In this document: positions 38,783 through 49,578 of the stretch, piece by piece
How positions within the stretch are numbered: the stretch's first letter is position 1
How the letters are laid out: each line of letters opens with the position of its first letter
From: Spirochaetia bacterium
GTDB taxonomy: Bacteria; Spirochaetota; Spirochaetia; SZUA-6; Bin103
Length of the DNA stretch: 64,000 bases
NCBI GenBank assembly: GCA_965208575.1
Contig: CBDBOV010000003.1
Span: forward strand, 224,001 to 288,000
Direction: 5' to 3'
Program-made: the position numbers and the translations under genes
The notes under the pieces: generated by a model
The model's database searches: none
What the model saw: the letters and a program-made list of their open reading frames with translations, nothing else
Told to the model about the DNA's origin: nothing

Positions 38783-39751
38783 GTGCGGGCGTATTTGATC
38801 AGGCGGGTGCTGCTGGTCATCCCCACCATCTTGATCATCACTGTCCTGGTGTTTCTGTCGGTGCGCTTCATTCCCGGCAGCGTCATCGAGGTGATGGTCG
38901 CCCGGATGGGCTACGAAGGCGGCGGCGCGATCGACATTGCTGCCGCGAAAAAGCGGCTCGGGCTCGACGTCCCCGTTCCCGTGCAGTACGGGCGGTGGAT
39001 CGGGAACATCGTCGTGCGTGGCACCCTCGGCAGCTCGCTATACGGCGGCTCGAGCGGCTACACCGTGGAGGCGATGATGGCCTCCAGGATAGGCGTGACC
39101 CTGGAGCTGGGGCTGCTGGCGATCCTGACCGGTTTGATCATCGCGGTGCCGATCGGTATCTATTCGGCGATTCGGCAGTACACGGTGGCCGACTACGCTG
39201 GCCGCTCGGCGGCGATCGTCGGCCTGTCGACCCCGAACTTCTGGCTCGCGCTGCTGGTCATCATCTATCCGGCCATCTGGTGGGGGTGGACGCCGCCGCT
39301 GACGCACGTCCGCTTCGCCGTCGACCCGCTGGCGAACCTCACCATGTTCCTGTTTCCCGCCCTGATCCTGGGGACCTACCTGGCGGCCAGCACGATGCGC
39401 ATGACCCGCACCATGATGCTGGAGGTGCTGCGCCAGGACTATGTAAGGACGGCTTGGGCCAAGGGCCTGCAGGAGCGCAGGGTGGTGCTCCGGCACGTCG
39501 TCAAGAACGCCCTCATCCCGGTGGTCACGCTGATCGGCCTGCAACTGCCGATCATCGCCGGTGGCTCGGTGATCATCGAGACCATTTTCAACCTGCCCGG
39601 GCTCGGACGCCTGATGCTGAGCGCGCTCAACCTGCGCGACTACCCGGTGGTGTCCGGCGTGAACCTGTTCTTCGCCTCGGTGGTGGTGCTGATCAACCTC
39701 GCCACCGACCTGGCGTACGCCTACCTGGATCCGAGGATCCGCTATGAGTGA
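38783..39751 (+). CDS. DppB-like permease B
   Basis: Paralogue of 34014-35024. Confidence 0.92.
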   Translation: MRAYLIRRVLLVIPTILIITVLVFLSVRFIPGSVIEVMVARMGYEGGGAIDIAAAKKRLGLDVPVPVQYGRWIGNIVVRGTLGSSLYGGSSGYTVEAMMASRIGVTLELGLLAILTGLIIAVPIGIYSAIRQYTVADYAGRSAAIVGLSTPNFWLALLVIIYPAIWWGWTPPLTHVRFAVDPLANLTMFLFPALILGTYLAASTMRMTRTMMLEVLRQDYVRTAWAKGLQERRVVLRHVVKNALIPVVTLIGLQLPIIAGGSVIIETIFNLPGLGRLMLSALNLRDYPVVSGVNLFFASVVVLINLATDLAYAYLDPRIRYE

Positions 39752-40736
39752 GTCGAATGCGTCGAATGCGCCGCTTTCGGTCGACGCGGGCGGCAGTCCG
39801 GTGGGTGAGGCGGCGCGTGACCCGGGCGGCGGCCGGCGCCGCCCCTTGACTGACTTCTTCGGTCGATTGCTGCGCCAGCAGCCGCTGGGCGCCGCGGCCG
39901 GCGTGGTCCTGTTGGGGCTGATCTTCGTCGCCGTCTTTGCCGAGCAGTTGACGCCGCACGAGTACGACATCGGCCGCGTGCAGGACCGCTTGCAGGCGCC
40001 CTCCGCCGAGCACCCGCTCGGCACCGATCACGCCGGCCGCGACGTGCTGGCGCGGATCCTCAAGGGCGCTCAGGTGTCGCTGCTGGTGGGGCTGATAGCG
40101 ACCCTGCTGAACACCATCGTGGCGCTGCTGGTGGGCGGCACCACGGGCTTCATCGGCGGCCGGGTCGACATCTACGCCCAGCGCTTCGTCGATGCCTGGA
40201 TGTCGTTCCCGGGATTGCTGCTGCTGCTCACCATCATGTCGTTCGTCGATCGCAGCATCGTCACGGTGATCGTGGTGCTGGGTGTCACCGGCGGCATTCC
40301 GGCGTCGCGGGTGGTGCGCGGCGCGGTGATCGGCGTCAAGGAGAACGCCTACTTCCAAGCCGCGGAGGCGGCCGGCGCGCGCCGGCGCCGGATCCTGGTG
40401 CGCCACGTGCTGCCCAACATCGCCGCGCCGCTGATCGTGATCTTCAGCATCAACGTCGGCAGCGTCATCATCGCCGAGGCCAGCTTGAGCTTCCTCGGTT
40501 TCGGCCTGCCGGTGAACGTGCCGAGCTGGGGCGGCATGCTGAGCCGCGAAGGGCGGAGGTACATGGAGCTGGCGCCGCGGCTGGCGCTGTGGCCCGGTCT
40601 GTTCCTGACGGTGACGGTGTACTGCCTCAACATGGTGGGCGACGCGGTCCGCGACCTGCTCGACCCGCGCCTGCGCGGCACCGCCGGCCGCTACGGGGGC
40701 TCCACGTCCCGCCGCCGCGGAGTTGGCACGCCCTGA
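39744..40736 (+). CDS. DppC-like permease B
   Basis: HPLGTDHAGRD, RHVLPN, LSFLGFG, GDAVRDLLDPR. Confidence 0.92.
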   Translation: MSESNASNAPLSVDAGGSPVGEAARDPGGGRRRPLTDFFGRLLRQQPLGAAAGVVLLGLIFVAVFAEQLTPHEYDIGRVQDRLQAPSAEHPLGTDHAGRDVLARILKGAQVSLLVGLIATLLNTIVALLVGGTTGFIGGRVDIYAQRFVDAWMSFPGLLLLLTIMSFVDRSIVTVIVVLGVTGGIPASRVVRGAVIGVKENAYFQAAEAAGARRRRILVRHVLPNIAAPLIVIFSINVGSVIIAEASLSFLGFGLPVNVPSWGGMLSREGRRYMELAPRLALWPGLFLTVTVYCLNMVGDAVRDLLDPRLRGTAGRYGGSTSRRRGVGTP

Positions 40737-40755
40737 GTGCCCGCGACGACTGACG

Positions 40756-40868
40756 GCGGCAGGATAACGGGGCCGTCAGGCACGCAAGCGTCCGTTACCA
40801 CGGTGTGGATTGTCCGTGACGGCGAGGTTTCGCCACGCTTCGTGACGGCCTATCCTGGGAGTGGATAA
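40756..40868 (+). pseudogene. C-terminal remnant of DUF6883-like protein
   Basis: GRITGPSG..VTTVWIV..PRFVTAYP; stop overlaps DUF4926 start, its usual partner. Confidence 0.6.
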
Positions 40869-41104
40869 TGAAGTTCAGACTACTAGATACGGTCGTGCTC
40901 ACGAGAGATCATGAGGAGTTTGGACTCCGACGCGGAGACGTTGGAGCGGTGGTTGAGGTCTATCAGCCTGACAGGTTTGAAGTCGAGTTCGTCACCGCGT
41001 CCGGAAAGACAGAAGCTGTTGTGACGCTGGGGGATAACGATCTGCGTCCTGTCTGCGATTCTGACCTTCTGTCGGTGAGACCCGTCGTGCAGCGATCGGC
41101 ATAG
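40868..41104 (+). CDS. DUF4926-domain protein
   Basis: LDTVVL..GLRRGDVGAVVEVY..FEVEFV..GKTEAVVTL. Confidence 0.8.
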   Translation: MKFRLLDTVVLTRDHEEFGLRRGDVGAVVEVYQPDRFEVEFVTASGKTEAVVTLGDNDLRPVCDSDLLSVRPVVQRSA

Positions 41105-41148
41105 CCGGCGCGGCCGGCGCTGGTCTGCTCGACCGCGGCCACGTAAAG

Positions 41149-41297
41149 GGACCGCATGCAAGGCCCGCCGGCGGGTGGGGGCGGAGGCGGGCCACCTGAT
41201 CGTGTTCGACCGCGCGCCGGACCGAACCTGGGCGCAGAAGATCTTTGGCTGCGCGCCGTCGGGAGCTGGCGTGCCGGTCACGGTCTGGGGGATGTAG
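41149..41297 (+). pseudogene. C-terminal remnant of an AAA/ATP-binding protein
   Basis: GAEAGHLIVFDR..RTWAQKIF..VTVWGM-stop, recalled as the terminus of such proteins. Confidence 0.55.
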
Positions 41298-41425
41298 CGG
41301 CAAGCGCGATGTCGCTGTTAGCCTGTTGAGCCTGTTGACAGGTGGTCGCGGCGTGAGTTACGGTGGCTGAGAGTGGCAAGCCCGACCGATGGGATGGTGG
41401 TGATCACGTGACCGACGACACGCGG

Positions 41426-41454
41426 TTGACGGCTGTTGCAGAGCCGGCTATGGT
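41426..41454 (+). promoter_or_regulatory. Sigma70-like promoter, module C
   Basis: TTGACG-17nt-TATGGT; homologous to 56159-56187 (-). Confidence 0.65.
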
Positions 41455-41549
41455 GAACACGTTGGGATCGCGACCGATGCGCATGATGCATGACGACCCG
41501 AACCCGCGCAGCCACTGGTGGCCCTCGAAGCGGCCGGTGATACGTCTGT

Positions 41550-41565
41550 CCCCCCCCCCCCCCCC
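41550..41565 (+). repeat. C16 homopolymer in leader C
   Basis: Directly visible; C9 at the equivalent site 36432-36440, G11 at 55974-55984. Confidence 0.9.
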
Positions 41566-41785
41566 AGCGTTTTCGTACATCCGGTAGATCACTAACCGTA
41601 ACCGCTCGGGCTGGTCGCGCCGCGGGCGCTTTCGCCTTCAGCACCGGGGTAGCGGGCGGCTGCGCCGGGCGCCGGCTCAGTCCACGTTCGCTCACTCGTT
41701 CACTGACGCCCGCCACGGTCCTGGATCCCCCTTCCACTGGTCAATCACGTCATCACATCCACAACAACCCGGTATTCCCGGCGTA

Positions 41786-41964
41786 CAGGAGGTGCAAAGT
41801 GGTACGCAAAGAACCGGACGCGCGCGCGGCGTAAGCCCCGTGAGTCACGCGCCGCGCGCCTGCGGAGTTGACTCTGTTCGAACGCCTGCGTTGCGGGCGC
41901 TGAGAGTACCGGAAGCGGCAATCGCTACCCGATACTCTCGAAATCTTTCTATCAGGAGTTGGTT
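41786..41964 (+). ncRNA. Conserved structured leader motif, copy C (uORF 41799-41834 MVRKEPDARAA)
   Basis: AGGAGG, GTG start, same stems as A and D. Confidence 0.7.
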
Positions 41965-43218
41965 ATGAACCATATAGCAAAGACCTGCGCGGTTGCGCTG
42001 GTCCTGGGCCTTGTGCTGACCGCAACCGGCCTGTGGGCCACCGGCGGCACGGAGGAGCCGGCAGCCGCCGCCGAGAAGGAAATGGTGCTCGATCCCACCA
42101 CCGGCGAAATGGTGGAGGCCCCACGATATGGCGGGACATTGACCTACGCCGAACGGGTCGAGCCGCCGGGTACCGACCCCTGGAACCAGGGCCACGGACC
42201 AAGGGGCGTCGATGGCGTTGCAGAGAAACTGGGCATCGCGAACTGGGGAATAGATAGGGATGAATTTGGCTTCGAAAGCAGGTACGTCCCGCTATTTGCC
42301 ATGAGACCGAATCTGGCGGAAAGCTGGGAAAAGCCCGACCCGCTGACTATTATCTTCAAAATCCGCCCGGGCGTTCGCTGGCACGATAAGGCACCGATGA
42401 ACGGTCGGGAGCTAACTGCCCAAGATGTCGAATACAACTTTCACCGCTATACGGGTCTGGGCAGCGGCTTCACCGAACCTAGCCCCTTCGACCCGATGAA
42501 GGCCGCGACATGGGAATCGATTACGGCCACCGACGATTCCACGGTTGTTTTTAAGTTAAAGGCGCCACGCAACGACGCGCTGGAGACTATCATCAGCGGC
42601 TGGTTTCTTTTGATAATGCCCCCCGAGGTAATCGAGCAACATGGTGACGTTCAGGACTGGAGGAACCTGGTAGGCACCGGGCCCTATATGCTGACGGACT
42701 GGGTCAAGGGCAGCTCGATGACCTATACCAAGAATCCGGACTACTGGGGCACCGACGAAAAATACCCAGAGAACCGGTTGCCCTATATTGACCAGTTAAG
42801 ACGGGTGATTATGCCCGAACAAGCAACATTTCTGGCGGCACTGCGCTCGGGTAAGCATGATATCATAGGTATACCCGGCGACACTCAGTTGGGGGATATC
42901 GGCCAGGTAGAGGCCCTCAAACGGACCAACCCCGAGATCAGGTTGTACCCGTGGTATCTAAGGTCGGGCACCTCTGTTACTTTCAACCTGCGCAGGGAGT
43001 CGCTCTTTAACGACATCCGGGTACGCCAGGCCATGCAGATGGCCATTGACCTGGAGACAATGTGGTACATATGGGGTCCTAAACCTCCCTCGTTCAATGC
43101 ATCCCAGCCATGGATCAAAGGCTATAACGGTGAAGTCGAACTGGGACTGTCTCGCTCAGTTGCCATGTTGGCCCGCATCTGGATTGATAGTGATCTGAAG
43201 CAAGAGATGGGAGGCTAG
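41965..43218 (+). pseudogene. Family-5 SBP C with large in-frame deletion
   Basis: AIDLET joined directly to MWYIWG near 43060; lacks about 190 aa including YPRGADG. Confidence 0.82.
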
Positions 43219-43319
43219 TAGCGCCCCGACTGACCTGCGTGCAAGGGGCTGGGATGTTGCGTTCGGAGCGCCGCTTCAGAGCGCGCTCCCAGCCCTCACT
43301 CATTGCATAAGGTGTCCCC

Positions 43320-44279
43320 GTGAGAGCCTATATCATCAGGCGCTTGTTGCTGGTCATCCCCACCCTGCTGCTCCTGAGCATCATCGTCTTTCTCACCGTG
43401 CGCTTCATCCCCGGCGACGTCATAGACGCCATGTTGAGTGAGATACAATGGGTGGGTGGCGGAGATATGGACCGTGCAACGCTCGAGCGTCGGCTGGGAT
43501 TGGACGTGCCGGTGTGGGTGCAGTATGGACGCTGGATCGGCGACATGTTCCGGCACGGCAGCCTGGGCCGATCACTGTGGCGCGATTGGACGGTAGAGGA
43601 GGAGATACTCTCCCGGTTGCCGGTCACCATCGAGCTTGGCCTCCTGGCCATCGTCATCGGGCTCGTGATCGCGCTGCCGGTGGGCATCTACTCGGCGATG
43701 CGCCAGGATACCGCCGCCGACTACCTGGGACGCTCGGTCGCCATCATCGGCCTGGCCACGCCGAACTTCTGGCTCGCCATCATGGTGTTGATCTATCCGA
43801 CCATCTGGTGGGGCTGGACCCCGCCGCTGGAATACGTTCCGTTCGCCGAACACCCGCTGGACAATCTCGCGGGGTTCTTGATCCCCAGCCTGATCCTGGG
43901 GACGGCCATGGCCGCCGCCACCATGCGGATGACGCGCACCATGACGCTGGAGGTGCTGCGGCAGGACTACATCCGCACCGCCTGGTCCAAGGGGATGGCG
44001 GAGCGGGTGGTGATTGTCCGGCACACCCTCAAGAATGCCCTCATCCCGGTGGTGACCCTGGTCGGCCTGCAGATGCCGATCCTGGTCGGAGGCGCGGTGA
44101 TCATGGAGAACATCTTCGCCCTGCCGGGACTCGGCCGTCTCATGCTCAATGCCCTGCAAAGCCGTGACTACCCGGTGGTGCAGGGAACCAACCTGTTCTT
44201 CGCCACCGGGGTGGTGCTGCTCAACCTTCTCATCGACCTGATCTATCCCTACCTGGACCCGAGGGTACGGTATGAGTAG
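43320..44279 (+). CDS. DppB-like permease C
   Basis: Paralogue of 34014-35024. Confidence 0.92.
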   Translation: MRAYIIRRLLLVIPTLLLLSIIVFLTVRFIPGDVIDAMLSEIQWVGGGDMDRATLERRLGLDVPVWVQYGRWIGDMFRHGSLGRSLWRDWTVEEEILSRLPVTIELGLLAIVIGLVIALPVGIYSAMRQDTAADYLGRSVAIIGLATPNFWLAIMVLIYPTIWWGWTPPLEYVPFAEHPLDNLAGFLIPSLILGTAMAAATMRMTRTMTLEVLRQDYIRTAWSKGMAERVVIVRHTLKNALIPVVTLVGLQMPILVGGAVIMENIFALPGLGRLMLNALQSRDYPVVQGTNLFFATGVVLLNLLIDLIYPYLDPRVRYE

Positions 44280-44550
44280 GAACGGTCACTCCGTGCTCCG
44301 CAAGACCATGAACAGGGATGCGCAGACAGCACCCGCCGGTCAGCTTGTTCGGACCGGTGAATCCAGGCGGCGGGGCTGGCTGGCTGATTTCTTCACCAGG
44401 CTGTGGCAGGAGAAGCCCCTGGGCACCGCCTGCGGGATTCTCGTCGTGATCCTGGTTCTCGTCGCGATTCTTGCCGAGCGTCTACGCGCTCAACATGTTC
44501 GGCGACGCGGTGCGCGACCTGCTCGACCCACGCCTGCGAGGCGGCCAGGG
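44272..44550 (+). pseudogene. DppC-like permease C, internally deleted
   Basis: N-terminus EKPLGTACG joined out of frame near 44478 to VYALNMFGDAVRDLLDPRL. Confidence 0.85.
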
Positions 44551-44635
44551 AACCGCATGCGAGGCCTCCTGCGGCGTGGCGGTCACGCTGCTTCCGCATC
44601 GCCACGGGACTCGCGCGTTTGATCCCGGCAGCCCG

Positions 44636-44700
44636 AGCGCGACGGCACCCTGGCCGCTACCGAAGCGCGCGGACTGGCGTTCATCCCCTGGAGTCCCTGG
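44636..44700 (+). pseudogene. Micro-fragment of aldo/keto reductase
   Basis: Translates ERDGTLAATEARGLAFIPWSP. Confidence 0.5.
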
Positions 44701-44727
44701 AGCGCACCACCCCTGGCCGGAGGAGAG

Positions 44728-45069
44728 CTACGAGGTCGGACGCTCGACAATGAGGAGACTCTCGACAGCCGTGTCGAACTCCAATAGTCGATGCTCGTTC
44801 TCGGTGAGCAGTGCAACAAGCTCTCTCACCGTACAGTTCCCGACGCGCAGCCACACCACTTTGGGTGGTGCCCCGTGCAGGAAACTCAATTGTCGGAAGT
44901 CGCTGTCCTTGGAGACGATCGTGAAACCGTTCTGTCCCGCGTAATCGTAGATATGTGCATCGGGGGCATCGTCCAATCCAAGACCGATTACGTGTTCGGA
45001 ACCTGGAAACGTGACGGCCAACGTCTGAATGAGGCTTCGTGGGAGATTCTGGTCGAGAAGAAGCTTCAC
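44728..45069 (-). CDS. DUF5615 PIN-like toxin
   Basis: MKLLLDQNL, IVSKDSDF, PPKVVWLRVGN. Confidence 0.88.
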   Translation of the reverse strand: MKLLLDQNLPRSLIQTLAVTFPGSEHVIGLGLDDAPDAHIYDYAGQNGFTIVSKDSDFRQLSFLHGAPPKVVWLRVGNCTVRELVALLTENEHRLLEFDTAVESLLIVERPTS

Positions 45070-45293
45070 CCGTGACTGGAGGCCAACCTTCGTTCCCGGG
45101 CCGCGGCGAACTGTAGGACTGCCTGCACATCATCGCGGGTCAGCTCGGGGAACTCGCCGAGAAGCTCCTCCGTTGACATTCCTCCGGCCAAGTATTCGAG
45201 AACGTCGTAGACCGTGATGCGAGTCCCACGAATGCACGGCTTGCCCGAACGCCGGGCCGGATCAATGACTATGTGATCCAGGAAATCGTTCAT
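45066..45293 (-). CDS. DUF433 antitoxin
   Basis: GKPCIRGTRITV, FPELTRDDV; overlaps toxin start. Confidence 0.9.
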   Translation of the reverse strand: MNDFLDHIVIDPARRSGKPCIRGTRITVYDVLEYLAGGMSTEELLGEFPELTRDDVQAVLQFAAARERRLASSHG

Positions 45294-45492
45294 GGCATCT
45301 CAGGATAGCCGAGTTGCCGATTGGTGAACACGGCCGCATTACGGCCGCATCGTGGGCCATTACGACGACTCGAGTCGAGCCGCCGCCCCGGACGGCAAAC
45401 CCGGCAGGTCGTTGCCGCGGCCTGCGAGCGGCGGTACGCCGGCGTCACGCGCTGGATCGAGGACATGCCGCTCGGTCGGGTGCTGGGGTGCG

Positions 45493-45630
45493 GTAACCAC
45501 TGTAGGTGCATCGTCCGGCGTCATCCTCACCACGGCGGCGCTGGCCCGGCTCAGGGTCAAGAAGGGCGACACGCTCTACCTGATCGGCGGCGCCGGCCGC
45601 CTGGGCGCGCAAGACACCCGGTCCGTTTGA
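45493..45630 (+). pseudogene. AbrB/MazE-like fragment fused to orphan DppC 3-prime tail
   Basis: VTTVGASSGVIL..LRVKKGDTLYL then IGGAGRLGAQDTRSV; 45580-45623 identical to 27639-27682. Confidence 0.7.
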
Positions 45631-45737
45631 TCTCGTTGTTCCGGGACGAGGAGCATTGGCTTCGGCGAGGTAGACCATTTCGATGGTGTGCGATTGTCAC
45701 CCTTGCAAGCGTCGCATGAGCGCTGTATATTCGTCAT

Positions 45738-46229
45738 ATGGCGCGCGCATCCTCTAAACGGTCCGCGATTCTGCAAGCATATGCTGACCCGGCCGAGATG
45801 CCGGCGAGCGAAGCCACGCGCGTCGCGATGCTCCTGGCTATCGACGAGCCGGACATACGGAGTGACGTACAGCTCGCGCGGCTGGTCGCCGGCGGTTTGC
45901 TTCCGGCATCGGCCGTCGCCCTGGCCGAGGTGCTTGGGCAGCATCGGGTGGTTGGACCGGTAGTCCCCGAAGCAACGCTCCGGCGAGTGCGCAGAGGCAG
46001 GAAAGTGCTGTCCAGACAGCATAGCGAACGACTCTATGAACTGGGACGCGTCGTCGATGCAGTCAGCCGCGCGTACCACGGAGACCGGGACGCAATCGAA
46101 GCGTTCCTGAGCCGTCCACACCCATTGCTCGAAGGCGAGACGCCGTTCGACATGGTGCGCTCCAGCTCGGCAGGTGTGGAAGCGGTCCTGAATCTCATTC
46201 GTCGGGCGGAGGCCGGCGTGGCTGTTTGA
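45738..46229 (+). CDS. Xre/MbcA/ParS-type antitoxin
   Basis: PEATLRR, SERLY, FLSRPHPLLEGETP. Confidence 0.87.
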   Translation: MARASSKRSAILQAYADPAEMPASEATRVAMLLAIDEPDIRSDVQLARLVAGGLLPASAVALAEVLGQHRVVGPVVPEATLRRVRRGRKVLSRQHSERLYELGRVVDAVSRAYHGDRDAIEAFLSRPHPLLEGETPFDMVRSSSAGVEAVLNLIRRAEAGVAV

Positions 46230-46717
46230 CGAAACCGCGAACGCTCCCGCGGACGATGCGTGCCTTTCGGATCGGCGATCCTGCTGGCCGGTTGCCGGTG
46301 TGGAGCACGGCAGGCGCCAGACGCGTGTCCGGCCGGTGGCACGAGGCCGGCGCCGAAGTAATCTACGCCTCCGAATCCTATTCGACAGCCATGTTGGAGA
46401 CGCTCGCCCATTGGAACGGAGCGCCGCCGCCGAACCAGCACTACGTCGAGATCACGATACCTACGGGCACCAGCTATGAGGTGGTAACGGCCGATCTCGT
46501 TCGCGATTGGTCCCATCCGGACGGAGAGGCGGCCCGCCGCTTCGGTCGCGCGTGGTATGCCGACATCCGAAGTACACTCCTGATCGTCCCGTCGGTCGTG
46601 GCACGTATGGAGCGCAACATGGTCATCAACACGCGGCATGCAGATTTCGATCGCTTGACGGTCGGTCTGGAAACCCCCGTCTGGTGGGACAAGCGCCTCT
46701 TTCGCGACTCCGACTGA
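46226..46717 (+). CDS. RES-domain toxin
   Basis: GRWH, YASES..AMLE, VPSVV..ERNMVIN; overlaps antitoxin stop. Confidence 0.88.
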   Translation: MTKPRTLPRTMRAFRIGDPAGRLPVWSTAGARRVSGRWHEAGAEVIYASESYSTAMLETLAHWNGAPPPNQHYVEITIPTGTSYEVVTADLVRDWSHPDGEAARRFGRAWYADIRSTLLIVPSVVARMERNMVINTRHADFDRLTVGLETPVWWDKRLFRDSD

Positions 46718-46825
46718 CCGCGTAGCTGCCGGACGAGCTCCTCTTGGACTGGTTGCGGGGTTGCGGTGGGCCGAGCTGGAGGGAGCCTCGGAACACCTGG
46801 TCGATAATGCGAAGGAAGGAACCAG

Positions 46826-47750
46826 TTGAAGTTGCGGAAGTTGCCGGAAGCCGAGCAAGCGAGACGTCACTGGCTGGTCGATCTTTCGGTCAGACTCATC
46901 AAGACCAAGGCGCTCGGAACCGGATGCGGGATCATCGTGCTGGCCCTGATCCTGGTGAGCATTTTCGCGGATGTTCTGGCTCCCTATCCGTACGATGAGA
47001 TTCGACTGCAGGAGATACTGCAGCCGCCATCGGCACAGCACCTGCTGGGCACCGATCACGTGGGACGCGACTACCTGAGCCGCATCATCCAGGGGGCTCG
47101 GGTCTCGATGCTGGTCGGCCTGGCCGCGACCACCATCAATGTGGTGGTCGCCATCCTGGTGGGTGGCACCACCGGCTTCCTGGGTGGCAAGTTGGATCTG
47201 GTGGTCCAGAGATTCGTGGATGCGTGGATCGCCTTCCGGGCCTGCTCCTGCTGCTCACCCTCATGTCGGTCGCGGGTCGCGGGGTGCTGCAGATGATACT
47301 GGTCCTCGGAATCTCGGGCGGCATCGGGAGCGGCTCACGGGTCGTCAGAAGTGCTGTTATCGGGATCAAGGAGAACGTCTATTTCGAGGCGGGGGAGGCG
47401 ATCGGGGCCTCGAAGTGGCGTGCGCTCACCCGCCACGTCTTACCCAACATCGCGCCGCCCATCATCATCATCTTCAGCATCAGCATCGGCGGCTACATCC
47501 TGAGCGCGGCATCACTGAGCTTCCTCGGCTTCGGCCTGCCGCCCGACATCCCCGACTGGGGCGGGATGCTGAGCCGCGAGGGGCGCCAGTACATGGAGGC
47601 GGACCCGCGGCTGGCGCTCTGGCCGGGCCTGAGCCTGACGCTGGTCGTATACAGCTTGAACATGTTCGGCGACGCGCTGCGCGACCTGCTCGACCCGCGG
47701 CTCAGGGGCGGTGGTGGTGATCTCGGCGCCGGAGCCGCCGGGTCCTGTTC
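46826..47750 (+). pseudogene. Solitary DppC-like permease with -1 frameshift
   Basis: One C missing near 47237 in the FPG codons; native stop lost. Confidence 0.85.
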
Positions 47751-47795
47751 GATAGAGCCGGTGGTACGGTCGCTTCGACCGTGTTACAGTGTGTC

Positions 47796-48200
47796 ATGGC
47801 CGCGCGCTACCGGGACTGGCTTCGGCAGGCGGACGCTGATCTCCGGCACGCTCGCCAGTCGTGCGACCATGGCGCGCACGAGTGGGCCTGTTTTGCCGCC
47901 CAGCAGGCGGCCGAAAAGGCACTCAAGGCGGTCATCCTGAGCCGAGGAGCGGATGCCTGGGGTCATACGGTTACCGCTCTGCTCGGTGTGGTGGCGACCG
48001 CGGCGCAGGCCGGGGAGGACCTGATTACGTGCGCCAAGAGCCTCGACAAGCACTACATCCCCACCCGCTACCCGAACGGCTTCGACACCGGCGCGCCGGT
48101 CGACTTCTACACGAAGAAGGACTCTGACGATGCCATCCTCTGTGCCGAGCGGCTCACCAGCTTCGCTCGTGGTCAAGTCGAACAACCAGAGGACCGTTGA
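47796..48200 (+). CDS. HEPN-domain protein
   Basis: WLRQADADL, AQQAAEKALKA, YIPTRYP. Confidence 0.88.
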   Translation: MAARYRDWLRQADADLRHARQSCDHGAHEWACFAAQQAAEKALKAVILSRGADAWGHTVTALLGVVATAAQAGEDLITCAKSLDKHYIPTRYPNGFDTGAPVDFYTKKDSDDAILCAERLTSFARGQVEQPEDR

Positions 48201-48504
48201 AGCCGCGCTTCGATGCTGGGCCGGTCACGTCGGCGAGAGCCGACCGGAGGTGCGCAGGATCATCTGGTTCGGCTCACGGGTGAACGGCACTCCTGCGCCA
48301 AGCAGCGACGTCGACGTGTGCGTAGTGCTTGCGGGATCGAGCCGGCCCGTTCGGGACCGCGTCGGGGACTACCTTCCGTTCGGATTCCCGGTCGGAATCG
48401 ACCTGTTTCCCTACACCGAGGCGGAACTGGAGCGGCTCAAGAGCGAACACCCCTCGTGGTACGCCGCGATCACGTCCGGAATCGATCTCCCGATACGCCC
48501 GTAG
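48130..48504 (+). CDS. Minimal nucleotidyltransferase
   Basis: WFGSR..SDVDV; start uncertain (GTG 48169 possible). Confidence 0.85.
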   Translation: MPSSVPSGSPASLVVKSNNQRTVEAALRCWAGHVGESRPEVRRIIWFGSRVNGTPAPSSDVDVCVVLAGSSRPVRDRVGDYLPFGFPVGIDLFPYTEAELERLKSEHPSWYAAITSGIDLPIRP

Positions 48505-48534
48505 GGATCTGGGCCTGCGCCACGCGGATTGATG

Positions 48535-48603
48535 CCGTGCAGGCGTCGCCGGAACTCGGTCTTCACCTGCCCCAGCTTGGCCTGCAACCGCACACGCATC
48601 GTG
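48535..48603 (-). pseudogene. Micro-fragment of group II intron RT/maturase
   Basis: Translates TMRVRLQAKLGQVKTEFRRRLH, resembling the start of the maturase X domain. Confidence 0.55.
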
Positions 48604-48636
48604 CACGCGCTGGCTACTTGTTGCTCGATGGCTCTT

Positions 48637-49569
48637 TCAAACCGACCTGGCGGCATCGGCACCCAGGCGCCCCGCACCACCCCGGAGCCGCGGGTCGAGC
48701 AGATCCCGCACGGCATCGCCGAACATGTTCAGGCTGTAAACGACAATAGTCAGGCAAACACCAGGCCAGATCGCCAGCCAGGGGGCCACCTCCATGTACC
48801 TGCGCCCTTCCCGGCTGAGCATACCTCCCCAGCTGGGAATGTTCGGTGGCAGACCGAATCCGAGGAAGCTCAGAGAGGCCTCGGACATGATCACCCCCCC
48901 GATGTTGATGCTGAAGATGACGATGACGGGCGCCACAATATTGGGCAGGACATGCCGTAACAGGATTTGGGTCGTGGGGGTGCCCACGGCCTTGGCTGCC
49001 AGAAAATAGTCATTCTCTTTGATGTCGATAACGGCGCCTCGGAGTACTCTCGAGCCGCCGATGCCTCCTGCTATCCCCAACACCAGGATGATCTGGGGCA
49101 GACCCCGCCCCGCGATGGACATGATGGTCAATAACAGAAGCAGGCCCGGAAAAGCCATCCAGGCATCGACAAATCTTTGCACACCCAGGTCCAGTTTACC
49201 ACCAAAGAATCCTGAAGTGCCACCTATCAGGACAGCCACCGCAACATTGAGAGTGGTCGCGGCCAGACCGACAGTCAACGAAAGACGAGCCCCGTAGACA
49301 AGGCGGCTCAGGAGGTCTCGCCCCAATTGGTCGGTACCCAGCAGATACCGGGCTGATGAGCCCTGCAGCCTGTCCACCGGGTGTATTTCCATATGGCGAT
49401 AAGGAGCCAGAACATCGGCAAAGATAGCGACAAAAACCAATATCAATATGATAATCCCGCCGGCAGTACCCAGTGGCTTCTCCCTCCACAGCCTGCTCAA
49501 GAAATCAACCAGCCGGGAACCTCTCGTCGGCGCAGTTTCTGCTGACGGTCTGTTTATGGCGTCGCTCAT
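48637..49569 (-). CDS. DppC-like permease D
   Basis: Full-length paralogue. Confidence 0.92.
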   Translation of the reverse strand: MSDAINRPSAETAPTRGSRLVDFLSRLWREKPLGTAGGIIILILVFVAIFADVLAPYRHMEIHPVDRLQGSSARYLLGTDQLGRDLLSRLVYGARLSLTVGLAATTLNVAVAVLIGGTSGFFGGKLDLGVQRFVDAWMAFPGLLLLLTIMSIAGRGLPQIILVLGIAGGIGGSRVLRGAVIDIKENDYFLAAKAVGTPTTQILLRHVLPNIVAPVIVIFSINIGGVIMSEASLSFLGFGLPPNIPSWGGMLSREGRRYMEVAPWLAIWPGVCLTIVVYSLNMFGDAVRDLLDPRLRGGAGRLGADAARSV

Positions 49570-49578
49570 GTGCCCCCT

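Noticed and set aside
48535-48603. Diversity-generating retroelement or active group II intron explaining SBP diversity
   Set aside because: Only a ~70-bp maturase-like scrap; no RT core and no adenine-specific TR/VR pair seen
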